Below the pieces are notes generated by a model. That model saw only the letters and a list, made by a program, of their open reading frames with translations. It was not told the origin of the DNA and searched no databases. This document shows, in pieces, positions 38,301 to 48,430 of a stretch of DNA of 64,000 bases. Positions within the stretch are counted from its first letter, which is position 1; the number at the start of each line of letters is the position of its first letter. The position numbers and the translations under genes are program-made. This DNA is from Candidatus Latescibacterota bacterium (GTDB lineage Bacteria > Latescibacterota > UBA2968 > UBA8231): contig CBDCDC010000002.1 in NCBI GenBank assembly GCA_965215195.1, forward strand, positions 4,768,001-4,832,000, in the 5' to 3' direction.

Positions 38301-39806
38301 ATGAGCGAACAACAGAAGCCGCAGAAAAAACACCCATTTAAGTTGCTTGCCTTGATCTTAGGCATGGTTGCTCTTTTGGGCGTTGGGGGCAAAATGTATG
38401 TCGATTACGCCGAGAAGCAACGTCAGGAGGAGGTATTTGTCGCAGAGGTGGGGCGTATGCCACATCCGAAGGGTGCGAACAAGGGAGAGCCTGACCTACA
38501 TATTGCAGCGAGACTGAACTTGCCCGCGCTGACAGTATCCCTGCTTAATCAGGGGGCCGATGTCCATGCTAAAAACAGCGATGGCTGGACATTGCTACAC
38601 TGGGCGGCGCGTAATGATGCTTCTTCGACGGCTGCGGTATTACTTGAGTCGGGGGTTGATGTCCATGCTAAAAACAACACTGGCTGGACGTCGCTATACA
38701 TAGCGGCGCGCAATGATGCTTCTTCGGTAGCAGGGTTGTTGCTCAAGCAGGGGGCCGATGTCCACGCTAAAGACGACTACGGCAAAATGCCACTACACGC
38801 TGCGGCGGCGCATAATGCTGCTGCTGTGGCTGCGGTATTGCTCAAACAGGGGGCCGATATTCACGCTAAAGACGACGGTGGCGAAACGCCACTGCACGCT
38901 GCGGCGGCGCATAATGCTACTGCTGTTGCTGCGGTGTTACTTGAGTCGGGGGCCGATATCCATGCCGAAAACAACGATGGCGAAACACCACTGCATAACA
39001 TTTTTGGCTATGACATGAATGCAGCAAGAGTTGCTGGAGCAGCCGGATTTTCTGAGGTGGCCGCTCGTTTTCTCAAAAAAAGACGGGGGGTGACACCAAC
39101 TGACGCTGTCAATACACCGCTGCACCATCTGACGACATCTGAGGATGCTGCTGCTGCTGCTGTTGCTGGTATGTTGCTTAAGGCAGGAGCCGACGCCAAT
39201 GCCAAAAACAATGATGGTTCTACGGTTCTGCACTGGGCGGCGGCGCATAATGCTGCGGCTGTTGCTGCGGTATTACTTGAGTGGGAGGCCAACGTCAACG
39301 CCAAAGACAACTTTCACATGGGCTGGACACCACTGCACTGGGCGGTGAGTGAGGATGCTTCAGGTCTTACCGGTATGTTGCTTGAGTGGGGGGCCAACGT
39401 CAATGCTAAAGATAGCCGTAAGGGCTGGACACCGCTGCATGTTGCGGCGCAGCAGAATGCTTCTGATACGGCCGAGATATTGCTCAAGGCAGGAGCCAAT
39501 GTCCATGCCAAAGCCGACTTCTTAGACTTCATGCCACTACATGTTGCGGCGGAGTATAATGCTTCTGATACGGCCGAGATATTGCTCAAGGCAGGGGCCG
39601 ACGCCAATGCCAAGGGAATCTATGGTACTACACCGTTACACTGGGCGGCGCAGCAGAATGCTTCTGATACGGCCGAGATATTGCTCAAGGCAGGGGCCAA
39701 TGTCCACGCCCAAACAGACAACGGCAGGACGCCGCTGAGATGCGCGATAGAGGAGGAGGATTTAGAGACAGCCGCGGTTTTGCGTCGTTACGGTGCCCAT
39801 AGGTGA
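38301..39806 (+). CDS. Ankyrin-repeat protein with N-terminal membrane anchor
   Basis: About 12 GxTPLHxAA...LLxxGADV repeats; hydrophobic LLALILGMVALLGVGG; GGAGA RBS before ATG 38301. Confidence 0.95.
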   Translation: MSEQQKPQKKHPFKLLALILGMVALLGVGGKMYVDYAEKQRQEEVFVAEVGRMPHPKGANKGEPDLHIAARLNLPALTVSLLNQGADVHAKNSDGWTLLHWAARNDASSTAAVLLESGVDVHAKNNTGWTSLYIAARNDASSVAGLLLKQGADVHAKDDYGKMPLHAAAAHNAAAVAAVLLKQGADIHAKDDGGETPLHAAAAHNATAVAAVLLESGADIHAENNDGETPLHNIFGYDMNAARVAGAAGFSEVAARFLKKRRGVTPTDAVNTPLHHLTTSEDAAAAAVAGMLLKAGADANAKNNDGSTVLHWAAAHNAAAVAAVLLEWEANVNAKDNFHMGWTPLHWAVSEDASGLTGMLLEWGANVNAKDSRKGWTPLHVAAQQNASDTAEILLKAGANVHAKADFLDFMPLHVAAEYNASDTAEILLKAGADANAKGIYGTTPLHWAAQQNASDTAEILLKAGANVHAQTDNGRTPLRCAIEEEDLETAAVLRRYGAHR

Positions 39807-39849
39807 AATAAGATGATTCTATTTCTAATCGAGTCGGAGGCGGATGTCC

Positions 39850-40000
39850 ACACTCGCCGATCTTACGCCCTAGACGCAATGCTGCCCGATCTGCGCTGGT
39901 ACGCTTCGCCTCGGAGCGAGAACGCGTGGAACATCTGTTTGCGCTTTACGAGCGGCTGCAAGCTCCGTTGGCGGCGGAAGCAGAGGGGAAGCGGAGGTGA
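39850..40000 (+). pseudogene. Degraded C-terminal remnant of an MmeI-like type IIL restriction-modification enzyme
   Basis: Frameshifted TLADL..DAM.PDLR followed by in-frame RFASERERVEHLFALYERLQAPL...* (39902-40000). Confidence 0.7.
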
Positions 40001-40036
40001 GGAGGCGAAAGATAAAGAAGCGTTGAGCTTGCTGCG

Positions 40037-43000
40037 CTACCGGGAGTCCCACCGTCGCTTCAATTCGAGAAATTTTTCGTTAGTTTTCAGAGTAGGATCG
40101 GCTTTGATTATCGACGCTAGTATATCTTCTATACCAAAGGGCCAATATAAAATGTTGTCCGGCAGCACTGCATACAAGAGATCTAGCGTCTGACGAGGGT
40201 GTTTTTTGGCGATGTTCTCAGACAATGGCAAATGAAGGTGCTCTGCCTTAGTAAGAAGCGGGAGAATTGTTTCTACTAATTCTGGAAATAGCTCTTCTTT
40301 GCAGAACGCTAAGTCAAATAAAGATGCGGACATTGCTGGCGAGTTCGCCTTTCTCTGACGAGGCCATACATCTCTCAAGAACTCTGGCAACAATAATGTC
40401 CATTTGTCTCTAGTCCTTTCTTCTGTGCATGACCTCCTCATAGCATGTAACACATGAGATCGAAATTCATCATCCGTCTGCACCAGCACATCCCTGAGTT
40501 CCTCATTGGAAACACAACGATTGCTTGTTCCTTCAATAAAGCTCCCCCACCCGGACAAAATAATACTTGAAAGCCCTTGGCGATACTCGCGGCGAGTTTG
40601 ACCATCCTCTCTTGCAAGCTGAAGCAAATGCGTCTTTAAGCGCATAAATAGCTCTTGGCATGGCGTGTACGCGAGAGAGCCTCCCCAAAAAGCCTCCCTA
40701 TCGAGCCCACTGGAATCAAGAGCCGAAAGTAGATTATCTTCTGACCATTCGCGATTATTCGTATAAAACCAATTTATCCGGTATGTGAAAATTGCTAACG
40801 CGTACCGGCGCAGATCACCGGGCAGAGCAAGCAGTTCATCTGCATACTCTAGATGCTCTAGAGGAAAGTCCCCATCCATCTTCATGCCGTTTGTCTGCGA
40901 ATTACGAAAGAGAGCTTGTGCAATCTGTCCTACCGGTGCATTAAGTGCCGTCGTCATCCAGTCCCGGACTCCATCGACCTGCCAGACCCCCGAATCACTA
41001 CTTTCCGGTTCTTTTGCTAGGGCTTGGATCAGCGCACTCGTTACCTTGTGAAAACCTGCTGGATATTGATCGAAGAGGCGATCACTCACGTTCATAAGCC
41101 AGCTTGCTGCTGGCCAGACGAGTTCCGTAGCACCATTACCCAGATAACCAGCTAAACGCTCGGCGATCAACGCCATAAATCTGGGCTTGTCGGTCTTTCG
41201 CTCCTCCGCATTCAGAAAGATGCTCCACTCCCAATCTGGAAAATCTCCCCTGCTGGCCGCTGTCCTGAGAGCAGAAAATGCTCTGACAGGACGGGCATTC
41301 GACAATCCGCTGAAGGGGTTGTATCCGACGAAAGGCTCATCTCGTCTCCCACTCAGACTTTGTGCCTCTGACAGCACTGAAGCAAGAGGTATATCCAATA
41401 ATGCTGAATAATCAGTTTCAGTGTTCATTGTCCCAATTCTAGTTCCCCAATATGCTACTATTTTATCGACATGTTCCGGCTTCCAATCCGGTACGAATCC
41501 CCGAAGCCGATCGGTTTCTTCCGCAAGATTGAGATGTAATTTGCATCCTTTTTGAGACAACCAAGTTATCCGAGCTAGTATTGACAAAGTACGCTGTTTC
41601 TCGAAATCCTCTTCTTGTTTTCGGCGCGAACGTCCTTTCAGAAGCCGTTTTTCGATCGCGACACGAGTATCGGCACTCAATCTATCCCACCGAGCCAACA
41701 GCGTATGCAACAAATCCCACTCGTGGCTACGGTCCCAAAAGATGTCATCACTCATATCGACAAGCATAGAACCAAACTGATCATCCGACACCAAGTCGGG
41801 TTTGCCTGCGGCCCATATTCGCAGCCTTGCAAATATCGCGTCGTCTTCACTCAACCATTTTGAAAACTCGTGCCTTGCCGCCTCTATGTCGATCCGTATG
41901 AGACGCTCAAAGACCGATGTAAATTCAATGACGGCTCCAGACAGCCTAAGTTTGCGATCGCTGGCTGTATTCTGGTCTAGAACAATAGAGCTTATATGAC
42001 CAAGGCCACCTCTGTCGATTTCGGTCTCAAGCTCGAGAGCAGTCTCGAGATTCTTACGCAATACTACTACAACAGGAGCAACCCATTCATTAGGAATGTC
42101 GATTCTTTCACTGTTATCTGCCGGATACACCACATCCAAACCAATAAGCTCGCTGCGACCTATCTCTCCCTGCTTTTCAGGTGGCTTGGGATTGCCCAAA
42201 AGTGGCTCCACCCGCAAATAAGGGCGAAAACATGCAGCATAGGCGCGAACAACGCTTCTGCTCCAACCGTCCTTTGAAATTCGTCTTTTCAATTCATTCC
42301 AACCGACTAAATCGGCATCCCTATTTCTACCTTGTTCCCAGTATTCGAGCAGATAGTACCAAGCCTCACGAACAGCGGGAGATATGGGCCGTTGTGAGCG
42401 TGTAAGAGTCCAACGTATTCCGCTTCGAATTTCGGGATGCAGAGGGGTTGTTCGCACTGCCCACCAAACAGCCGCGGGCTGGCTCGCAACACCTCTTATC
42501 CACGCACCCATTTGGCGGAGCCGCGGAGGAAGAGGCAGCACGTTGTACGCCCAACGACCTGTTATCGACGGAAAATTGTCATTCCTCAAGGTGGTTTTGT
42601 CGATGCGGCTCAGATTAAAAGCATCCCAAGCATCGGTTGGCACCTCACGTTCAGAGGAATGACCTGCAGGATCAGATCTGTCTGGCGGCATGTCTGAGTC
42701 GATGTGGTAAAGATCAAATGGATCGACGTATGGTCCCTCCTGCAAAAAGCCACCTAACTTTCCCGGTTCACCATAGCGCCTGTACTTATCGAAAACACAC
42801 AGCCACTCTGCCGGAGGCAGTTTTTCTCCCTCCGAGAATTTTTTGACTCCCTCAACCGTCGAGACGATGTGAGCAACTTGCCCTCGTTCATGTGGCGAAA
42901 GACTTTTGGGACCTTGCTTCGCTTTATTGATGACCTCCGAATACCACTTATCGAGATCTCGCGCTCTCTGCGCCCACGCCTCTAGCGTGTTCCAAAGAGC

Positions 43001-43834
43001 AGCATGGTCGGAATCTTCTGCATAGGAAATGGCCTTAACCCCTCTGTGCCCCCATTTAGAGGCGGCATCGTCCGCATTACCCGGTTGAAAAGCATAGACT
43101 TGGCGTTCATTGATCTGTCTGTTTAGTCCTTCTAACAGATAATGAACAGGAGGATCGTCCGCCGCGTAGCCGATGAAGACAACGACGTACCTGTCAATGA
43201 TTTCCCGAAAGAAGGAAGTAGCCCAACCCTCCGAAAGATACGCCTGTCCAAATTGGGAACTGGACAGAACAAATCCATCGTCTTCAGCCCTTTGGTAATC
43301 AGGTGTAGCCTTACCGTGAAGATAGATAATGCCGTTCATATCATTCGGCCGCGACGGATCAGGCAAACGAGGTCGTTGCCACGATGAAAGGCCGCGATCA
43401 CAATCATCAAACAGGCGATCAAAGTTGGTCGTTACGACATGAACCAAACCTTCCATAGTGGTTGCGAGGTCGAGGATTATGCGATGGGCCGTCAAATCCG
43501 GTTCATTATCCGGTCGCAGCGCGAAAGCCACCGCCTCTTCTATAACGTCCATGGAAAACTCGCGCTCAAGCAGGCCGAATATCCGGTCTGCGGGGATTAC
43601 ACCAGCGACACTGGTTTGGGCCTCAATACTACGCGCTTCATCAAGTAGCTTCCGGGCTGGGCTATCAGCTAGGACCCCAAGTGTCTCCATAACTTTTTTT
43701 GCCAAACCAAAGAAGTCCGGCAGCTTTGCCTTAGCCCGTGAGACCCCAGCCCCACAGAAGAAAACTACTCGGCCCTCATCGCGGGCATGGAGCAGCTCAT
43801 CTGGAATCGCCGGGCCATTGTCCAAAAACCGCAT
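40037..43834 (-). CDS. Defence-associated sirtuin, Dsr1-like (SIR2 NADase + long helical region)
   Basis: NGPAIPDELL..RDEGRVVFFCGAGVS, TTNFD, YLHG, FIGYAADDPP; 1265 aa. Confidence 0.8.
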   Translation of the reverse strand: MRFLDNGPAIPDELLHARDEGRVVFFCGAGVSRAKAKLPDFFGLAKKVMETLGVLADSPARKLLDEARSIEAQTSVAGVIPADRIFGLLEREFSMDVIEEAVAFALRPDNEPDLTAHRIILDLATTMEGLVHVVTTNFDRLFDDCDRGLSSWQRPRLPDPSRPNDMNGIIYLHGKATPDYQRAEDDGFVLSSSQFGQAYLSEGWATSFFREIIDRYVVVFIGYAADDPPVHYLLEGLNRQINERQVYAFQPGNADDAASKWGHRGVKAISYAEDSDHAALWNTLEAWAQRARDLDKWYSEVINKAKQGPKSLSPHERGQVAHIVSTVEGVKKFSEGEKLPPAEWLCVFDKYRRYGEPGKLGGFLQEGPYVDPFDLYHIDSDMPPDRSDPAGHSSEREVPTDAWDAFNLSRIDKTTLRNDNFPSITGRWAYNVLPLPPRLRQMGAWIRGVASQPAAVWWAVRTTPLHPEIRSGIRWTLTRSQRPISPAVREAWYYLLEYWEQGRNRDADLVGWNELKRRISKDGWSRSVVRAYAACFRPYLRVEPLLGNPKPPEKQGEIGRSELIGLDVVYPADNSERIDIPNEWVAPVVVVLRKNLETALELETEIDRGGLGHISSIVLDQNTASDRKLRLSGAVIEFTSVFERLIRIDIEAARHEFSKWLSEDDAIFARLRIWAAGKPDLVSDDQFGSMLVDMSDDIFWDRSHEWDLLHTLLARWDRLSADTRVAIEKRLLKGRSRRKQEEDFEKQRTLSILARITWLSQKGCKLHLNLAEETDRLRGFVPDWKPEHVDKIVAYWGTRIGTMNTETDYSALLDIPLASVLSEAQSLSGRRDEPFVGYNPFSGLSNARPVRAFSALRTAASRGDFPDWEWSIFLNAEERKTDKPRFMALIAERLAGYLGNGATELVWPAASWLMNVSDRLFDQYPAGFHKVTSALIQALAKEPESSDSGVWQVDGVRDWMTTALNAPVGQIAQALFRNSQTNGMKMDGDFPLEHLEYADELLALPGDLRRYALAIFTYRINWFYTNNREWSEDNLLSALDSSGLDREAFWGGSLAYTPCQELFMRLKTHLLQLAREDGQTRREYRQGLSSIILSGWGSFIEGTSNRCVSNEELRDVLVQTDDEFRSHVLHAMRRSCTEERTRDKWTLLLPEFLRDVWPRQRKANSPAMSASLFDLAFCKEELFPELVETILPLLTKAEHLHLPLSENIAKKHPRQTLDLLYAVLPDNILYWPFGIEDILASIIKADPTLKTNEKFLELKRRWDSR

Positions 43835-43882
43835 TTACTCTCCTAGTTGGAGCCTTGACTCACCTTTGCTCTTCTTCTAAAA

Positions 43883-43993
43883 TTTTGTCATTCGCCTTGT
43901 CAAAGTCAATGACATATCTTTTTTTATTTATTAAAGATAAATATCATTAACTCTTTTATAACAATGAGTTATGATGACAAAAGCCATGACAAA
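43883..43993. promoter_or_regulatory. AT-rich divergent control region with clustered TGTCA/TGACA half-sites
   Basis: TTTTGTCAT 43883-91, TTGTCA, AATGACA 43908-14, ATGACAAAA 43974-82, ATGACAAA 43986-93. Confidence 0.45.
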
Positions 43994-45158
43994 TAAGCGG
44001 CCATACGAAGCGTCGCATCCTTGGCTTACCTTCGCTCTCGACCTATCGCATCTAGACTACAAGACCTGGATCGCGCTCGGCGCGGTGGCGGCAAAATGCG
44101 ATCACATCGCCAATGCGATGATGGATCCTGAGGTAGCGCAGAGTGTTCACAGGCTGTATCTGGCAAAGGGCGCGTTGGCCACCACAGCGATCGAAGGCAA
44201 TACGCTGTCCGAAGAAGAAGTCACAGGGCTGCTCGCAGGCTCGCTCAAACTGCCGCCGTCGCGGGAGTACCTCGGCCAAGAGATCGAAAACATCGTCAAT
44301 GCCTGTAACGCACTGACCGACGATATTGCCACAAGCGGCACCAAGCCGCTTACAGCCGCGATCATCAAAAAAATGAATCGGGCTGTACTAAACGAACTCG
44401 AAGGCGAAGCCCATGTCGCGCCCGGAGAAATCCGCACCACAGATGTGGTCGTAGGTAGATACAAATGTCCTCCGCATCAGGATTGCGTCTTTCTACTAGA
44501 TCGCCTGTGCGACGTATTGAACAAATTTCCGCTCGCCGAGGACCACCCCATCGCCTATGCGGTCCTGAAGGCCATTTTCGCGCACCTCTATCTGGCTTGG
44601 ATCCATCCCTTCGGCGATGGCAACGGCCGCACGGCGCGATTGCTGGAATTTTACATCCTAATTGGTGCTGGCCTACCGCAGCCGGCCTGCCACCTATTGA
44701 GCAACCACTACAACCAAACGCGGTCGGCCTATTACCGCCAACTAGACCGCGCTCGCCAAACGGACGACGGCGTTGTGCGCTTCATAAGCTATGCCATTGA
44801 GGGGTTGGTGGACGGCCTAAGCGAACAAATCGGCCTAATCCGCGAGCATCAATGGGATGTCGCATGGATCAACCACGTACACGAGACTTTCCGTACGGTC
44901 TCAGGCTCTGCGGCGAGCCGCCAACGGACGCTGGCGTTGAGCCTATCTCGCGCAAAGGCACCGGTCCGCATCGCCGATATTCCCACGCTAGATGCCGATT
45001 TGGGCCGTGCCTATGCAACTGTCACGCCCCGCACGCTGCACCGCGACATCGAAGCCCTAATCGGTTTGGAACTTGTGGTGTATGAAGATAGAACGGTGCG
45101 GTCCCACCGCGAGCGGCTGTTGGCGTTCCTGCCCTGGCGCAACCTAGCCAGCCGCTGA
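43971..45158 (+). CDS. Fic-family protein with probable C-terminal HTH
   Basis: HPFGDGNGRTAR catalytic motif; TTAIEGN inhibitory motif; TPRTLHRDIEAL. Confidence 0.92.
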   Translation: MMTKAMTNKRPYEASHPWLTFALDLSHLDYKTWIALGAVAAKCDHIANAMMDPEVAQSVHRLYLAKGALATTAIEGNTLSEEEVTGLLAGSLKLPPSREYLGQEIENIVNACNALTDDIATSGTKPLTAAIIKKMNRAVLNELEGEAHVAPGEIRTTDVVVGRYKCPPHQDCVFLLDRLCDVLNKFPLAEDHPIAYAVLKAIFAHLYLAWIHPFGDGNGRTARLLEFYILIGAGLPQPACHLLSNHYNQTRSAYYRQLDRARQTDDGVVRFISYAIEGLVDGLSEQIGLIREHQWDVAWINHVHETFRTVSGSAASRQRTLALSLSRAKAPVRIADIPTLDADLGRAYATVTPRTLHRDIEALIGLELVVYEDRTVRSHRERLLAFLPWRNLASR

Positions 45159-46436
45159 AACCCGCAGTGCCTGCCGCGTCCCCACCAAGTCGAAACAGGC
45201 CTCTTGGTTGCCGCGCATGAAGCGGGTCGCCAGCTCTATGGCTGCGGCCTCGGTCAGCAGGCCGTCGTCTATCTCGCCTTGGAGGGCGCGGGTGAGCCAG
45301 CGACGCGCCTGCATTGCGTAGGCCACCGAGCTGGTCGGCCAGCCCGTGTCGCCGCCAAAGGCGAAGAGCTTGGACGCGGGAGCCGCGTGGATAAAGCGGC
45401 GCACAAAGTCGCACGCGCTGTACGGGTCAATGGACCACGCCCAGCAGAGATCCGCGTACACATTGCGGTAGTGCTTGGCCAGCGCGACCAATTCGTTGGA
45501 ATAGGGATAGGCAATGTGCATCAGCACAAAGCGGCAATCGAGGTAGCGGGCCAGCAAGGGGCAGAGGTGGCCGCTTTTGATGCGGTCAACCGGCATGCGG
45601 TCGTTGCCAGCGTAGTAGCCGGTGTGGATCTTGAACGGCAGCTCGTATTCGATCGCCAGCTCAGTGCCCCGCGCCCAGCACCAATCGCCCAAAAGCAATC
45701 GGCTCGGCTCGTCGAGTTCTGTGCCTTGGAGCAGGCGTTGGAGCACGCGCTCGGCATCGGCGTCGGTGCGCTCTTCCCAGCGCAGTGTGCGGTTGTACGC
45801 ATGTTGGGCTTTGACCGCGATGGCATGGGGGCCATGCTGGGCGAAGATAGCTTCCATGCCCTGCTTGAGGCTAGCCAAGTCGGTGACGGCCACGCCGGTT
45901 TCTCGCTCAATGGCCTCGGCGTCGACTTGGCCGTTGCAAAAGCCGGCCCAGGACAAGTCGTAGAGGAAGAAATCCACGCCGGACTCGTCGGGCGGGCAGG
46001 GCCAGCAGAAGTCGTCGGTCTGCACGTGGTCTAGCCGGCCTATTTGGCTGAGCAGCGTGCGCCGACCGCCGGGCCGACGCCAAGCATTGAGCTTTTCTTG
46101 CGCCTTGTGCAGCTCGTCGTCGCTAAAATCGGCCATGCCATAGACTTCGTGCGCGAGGATGCGCACGGCCTCGCCGTAGCCGGTGAAGCGAATGGCCGCA
46201 AAGGCCGAGCGGATGCGGTCAAAGCGCGCACCCAAATCCGGGTCGGACGCGTCGTTGAGCTTGTGTAGGTCTTCTGCGGTGGCACCGGCCGCGATCAGGT
46301 CGGCGGGCACGTAGTTGCCGAAGAGGTCTTGCAGGATGTCCGGGCCGTTCTCGACCCAGTCTCGCTCCTTGCGCAGGTGCTCGTGCGTGTCGATTAGCAG
46401 CGCGTCGGCGATGTGTTGGCACAGGTCCGTAGCCAT
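45144..46436 (-). CDS. Amidohydrolase family protein (uronate isomerase-like)
   Basis: IDTHEH, KIHTG, LMHIAYP, FGGD. Confidence 0.85.
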   Translation of the reverse strand: MATDLCQHIADALLIDTHEHLRKERDWVENGPDILQDLFGNYVPADLIAAGATAEDLHKLNDASDPDLGARFDRIRSAFAAIRFTGYGEAVRILAHEVYGMADFSDDELHKAQEKLNAWRRPGGRRTLLSQIGRLDHVQTDDFCWPCPPDESGVDFFLYDLSWAGFCNGQVDAEAIERETGVAVTDLASLKQGMEAIFAQHGPHAIAVKAQHAYNRTLRWEERTDADAERVLQRLLQGTELDEPSRLLLGDWCWARGTELAIEYELPFKIHTGYYAGNDRMPVDRIKSGHLCPLLARYLDCRFVLMHIAYPYSNELVALAKHYRNVYADLCWAWSIDPYSACDFVRRFIHAAPASKLFAFGGDTGWPTSSVAYAMQARRWLTRALQGEIDDGLLTEAAAIELATRFMRGNQEACFDLVGTRQALRVSAAG

Positions 46437-46492
46437 GGGGCATGCTCCGGTTTGAGGTGTTGCGTTTCCAAGCTGTCATTAACAATAACAAT

Positions 46493-46921
46493 ATGGACTG
46501 GCATCCCTTCATCGTCCACTACCCCATCGCGCTCTTGTCGCTGAGTCCGCTGTGCGATCTAGGCGCGCTTTTGCTGAGACGCCGCGCCGGGCATCACTTA
46601 GCGTACGGCTTGCTGGTGGTGGGCGTACTAGCGGCGACGGCCGCCGTGCTCAGCGGCAACGCGGCCGCAACCGAGGCTTGGGAGGGGCCGGCCGCCGCGC
46701 CCTTAGCCACGCACGAATCCCTCGCTACTTGGACCTTGCTGTTGGGGTTGGGGGCTGTCTTAGGGCGCTTGCCCTTGCATCTCAAGGGGCGGCTTGAAGG
46801 ATGGCCGCTCTATGGGTGGATCGCGGTCGGCCTGCTGATCGGCGGCTTGGTCTTGTGGACGGGCTACTGCGGCAGCGAATTGGTCTATGTACACGGCTTG
46901 GGCGTGCGGGCCGATGGCTGA
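46493..46921 (+). CDS. DUF2231-family membrane protein
   Basis: HPFIVHYPIAL, THE, GSELVYVHG; ATG 46493. Confidence 0.8.
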   Translation: MDWHPFIVHYPIALLSLSPLCDLGALLLRRRAGHHLAYGLLVVGVLAATAAVLSGNAAATEAWEGPAAAPLATHESLATWTLLLGLGAVLGRLPLHLKGRLEGWPLYGWIAVGLLIGGLVLWTGYCGSELVYVHGLGVRADG

Positions 46922-46997
46922 TCGGCGGCTGGTTGGCGGAATTTTTTTCGCTTATCTTCGCCCGCAATTCTTCACATCTGTAAACTAGGAGCAACCC

Positions 46998-48398
46998 GTG
47001 AACCGCCCCAACATACTGCTCATTATGACGGACGAACACGCGCCCATGTACAGCGGCCCCTACGGGCATCCGCTCGTGCAGACGCCCTTTATGGATCAAT
47101 TGGCGGCCGAGGGCGCGACCTTTGCCAACGCCTATTGCAACTCTCCGCTCTGCCTGCCGTCGCGGATGTCGTTTATGACCGGCCGCTACATCAGCCGGAT
47201 CGCTGCCTTTGACAATGCCAGTCCCCTGCCATCGGATGCGGTCACTTGGGCCCATCGGCTGCGCGCTGTCGGCTACGATGTGGTGCTATCGGGCAAGCAG
47301 CACTTTTGCGGCCCGGACCAACTACACGGCTTCCGCGCCCAGCTAGCGCGCGATTTGCACGCCGAGCTGTGGACCAAAGATGGCGTTCTGCGCGGTACGC
47401 CCGACTGGAGCAAGGGTACGCTGCCAGCCGACAAGCCTTGGGGCGGCGTGGCTGAGGCCGGGCCGGGGACGACCTTGGAGATCGAAGTCGATGATCTGGT
47501 GGAGGAACGAGCACTGGCTTACCTACGCGACCCGGCCCGCAAGGAGCGGCCTTGGGCACTGAATGTCTCGTTTATTGCGCCGCATTTTCCACTCGTAGTG
47601 CCCGAGCGGTTTTTCAATCTCTATCCCCTCGACCAGATCGACATGCCGGAGATTCCCCCCGGCCATCTCGAAAGCCAGCACCCCGTACACCAGCGGATGC
47701 GGGCCATGTTCGGGGCGGTCGATTTCCCCGCAGAACAGGTGCGCCGCGCCCGCGCCGGTTACTACGGGCTGATTACTTATCTCGACGAGAAGATCGGCCG
47801 CCTGCTCGCCGCCCTAGAGGAAACCGGACAGCGCGACGACACGCTCATCGTGCATTTCAGCGATCACGGGGAAATGAACGGCGAGCACGGCATGTGGCGG
47901 AAGTCGAGCATGTACGAGGCGTCCGCGAGGGTGCCGCTGCAAATGGTCTATCCCGGGCACATCCCGGCCGGTCGGCGCATCAGCGGGGTGGTGTCGTTAG
48001 TGGATCTAGTGGCGACCATCGTCGAACTCGCCGGCGCGTCCAGCGCGGGGCCGCTGGACGGCGGCAGTCTGGTGGGATTGCTGCAAGGGCAAGACGCAGG
48101 CTGGAAGGACGAAGCATTTTCCGAGTACCTAGCCCACGGCGTGGCGCGGCCCACGGCCATGCTGCGGCGCGGCCGCTACAAGCTCCACTACAGCTTGGGA
48201 GACCCACCCCAGCTATACGACGTAGAAGCCGACCCCAACGAATTCGACGATTTAGCAAACCATCCATATCACGCGGCCACCTTAGCCGCCCTGCAAGAGC
48301 GGCTGTTGTCCGAGTGGAACCCGGTCGCCTTAGAGACCCAAGTGCGGCAAAGTCAGCAGGATCGGCTCTTGATTGAACGGGCCGCACGATTCGCCTGA
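46998..48398 (+). CDS. Sulfatase (choline-sulfatase-like)
   Basis: PNILLIMTDEH, CLPSRMSFMTG (CxPxR), GKQH, SDHGE. Confidence 0.9.
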   Translation: MNRPNILLIMTDEHAPMYSGPYGHPLVQTPFMDQLAAEGATFANAYCNSPLCLPSRMSFMTGRYISRIAAFDNASPLPSDAVTWAHRLRAVGYDVVLSGKQHFCGPDQLHGFRAQLARDLHAELWTKDGVLRGTPDWSKGTLPADKPWGGVAEAGPGTTLEIEVDDLVEERALAYLRDPARKERPWALNVSFIAPHFPLVVPERFFNLYPLDQIDMPEIPPGHLESQHPVHQRMRAMFGAVDFPAEQVRRARAGYYGLITYLDEKIGRLLAALEETGQRDDTLIVHFSDHGEMNGEHGMWRKSSMYEASARVPLQMVYPGHIPAGRRISGVVSLVDLVATIVELAGASSAGPLDGGSLVGLLQGQDAGWKDEAFSEYLAHGVARPTAMLRRGRYKLHYSLGDPPQLYDVEADPNEFDDLANHPYHAATLAALQERLLSEWNPVALETQVRQSQQDRLLIERAARFA

Positions 48399-48430
48399 GC
48401 GTTTAGTCAGTGGCTAGCGGCCGTACGCCT

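Larger units (their letters stand above)
34129..45158. other. Defence/accessory island A
   Basis: Visibly lower GC than flanks; ATPase-nuclease pairs, TA and R-M remnants, sirtuin, Fic; no integrase. Confidence 0.8.

Noticed and set aside
38500-39720. Periodic ~99-bp DNA repeats resembling a CRISPR or tandem array
   Set aside because: They are in-frame ankyrin repeats with no unique spacers and no cas genes
39813-40193. 126-aa ORF in the track
   Set aside because: Chimeric read-through of an ankyrin scrap, an out-of-frame MmeI remnant and the antisense of the sirtuin end
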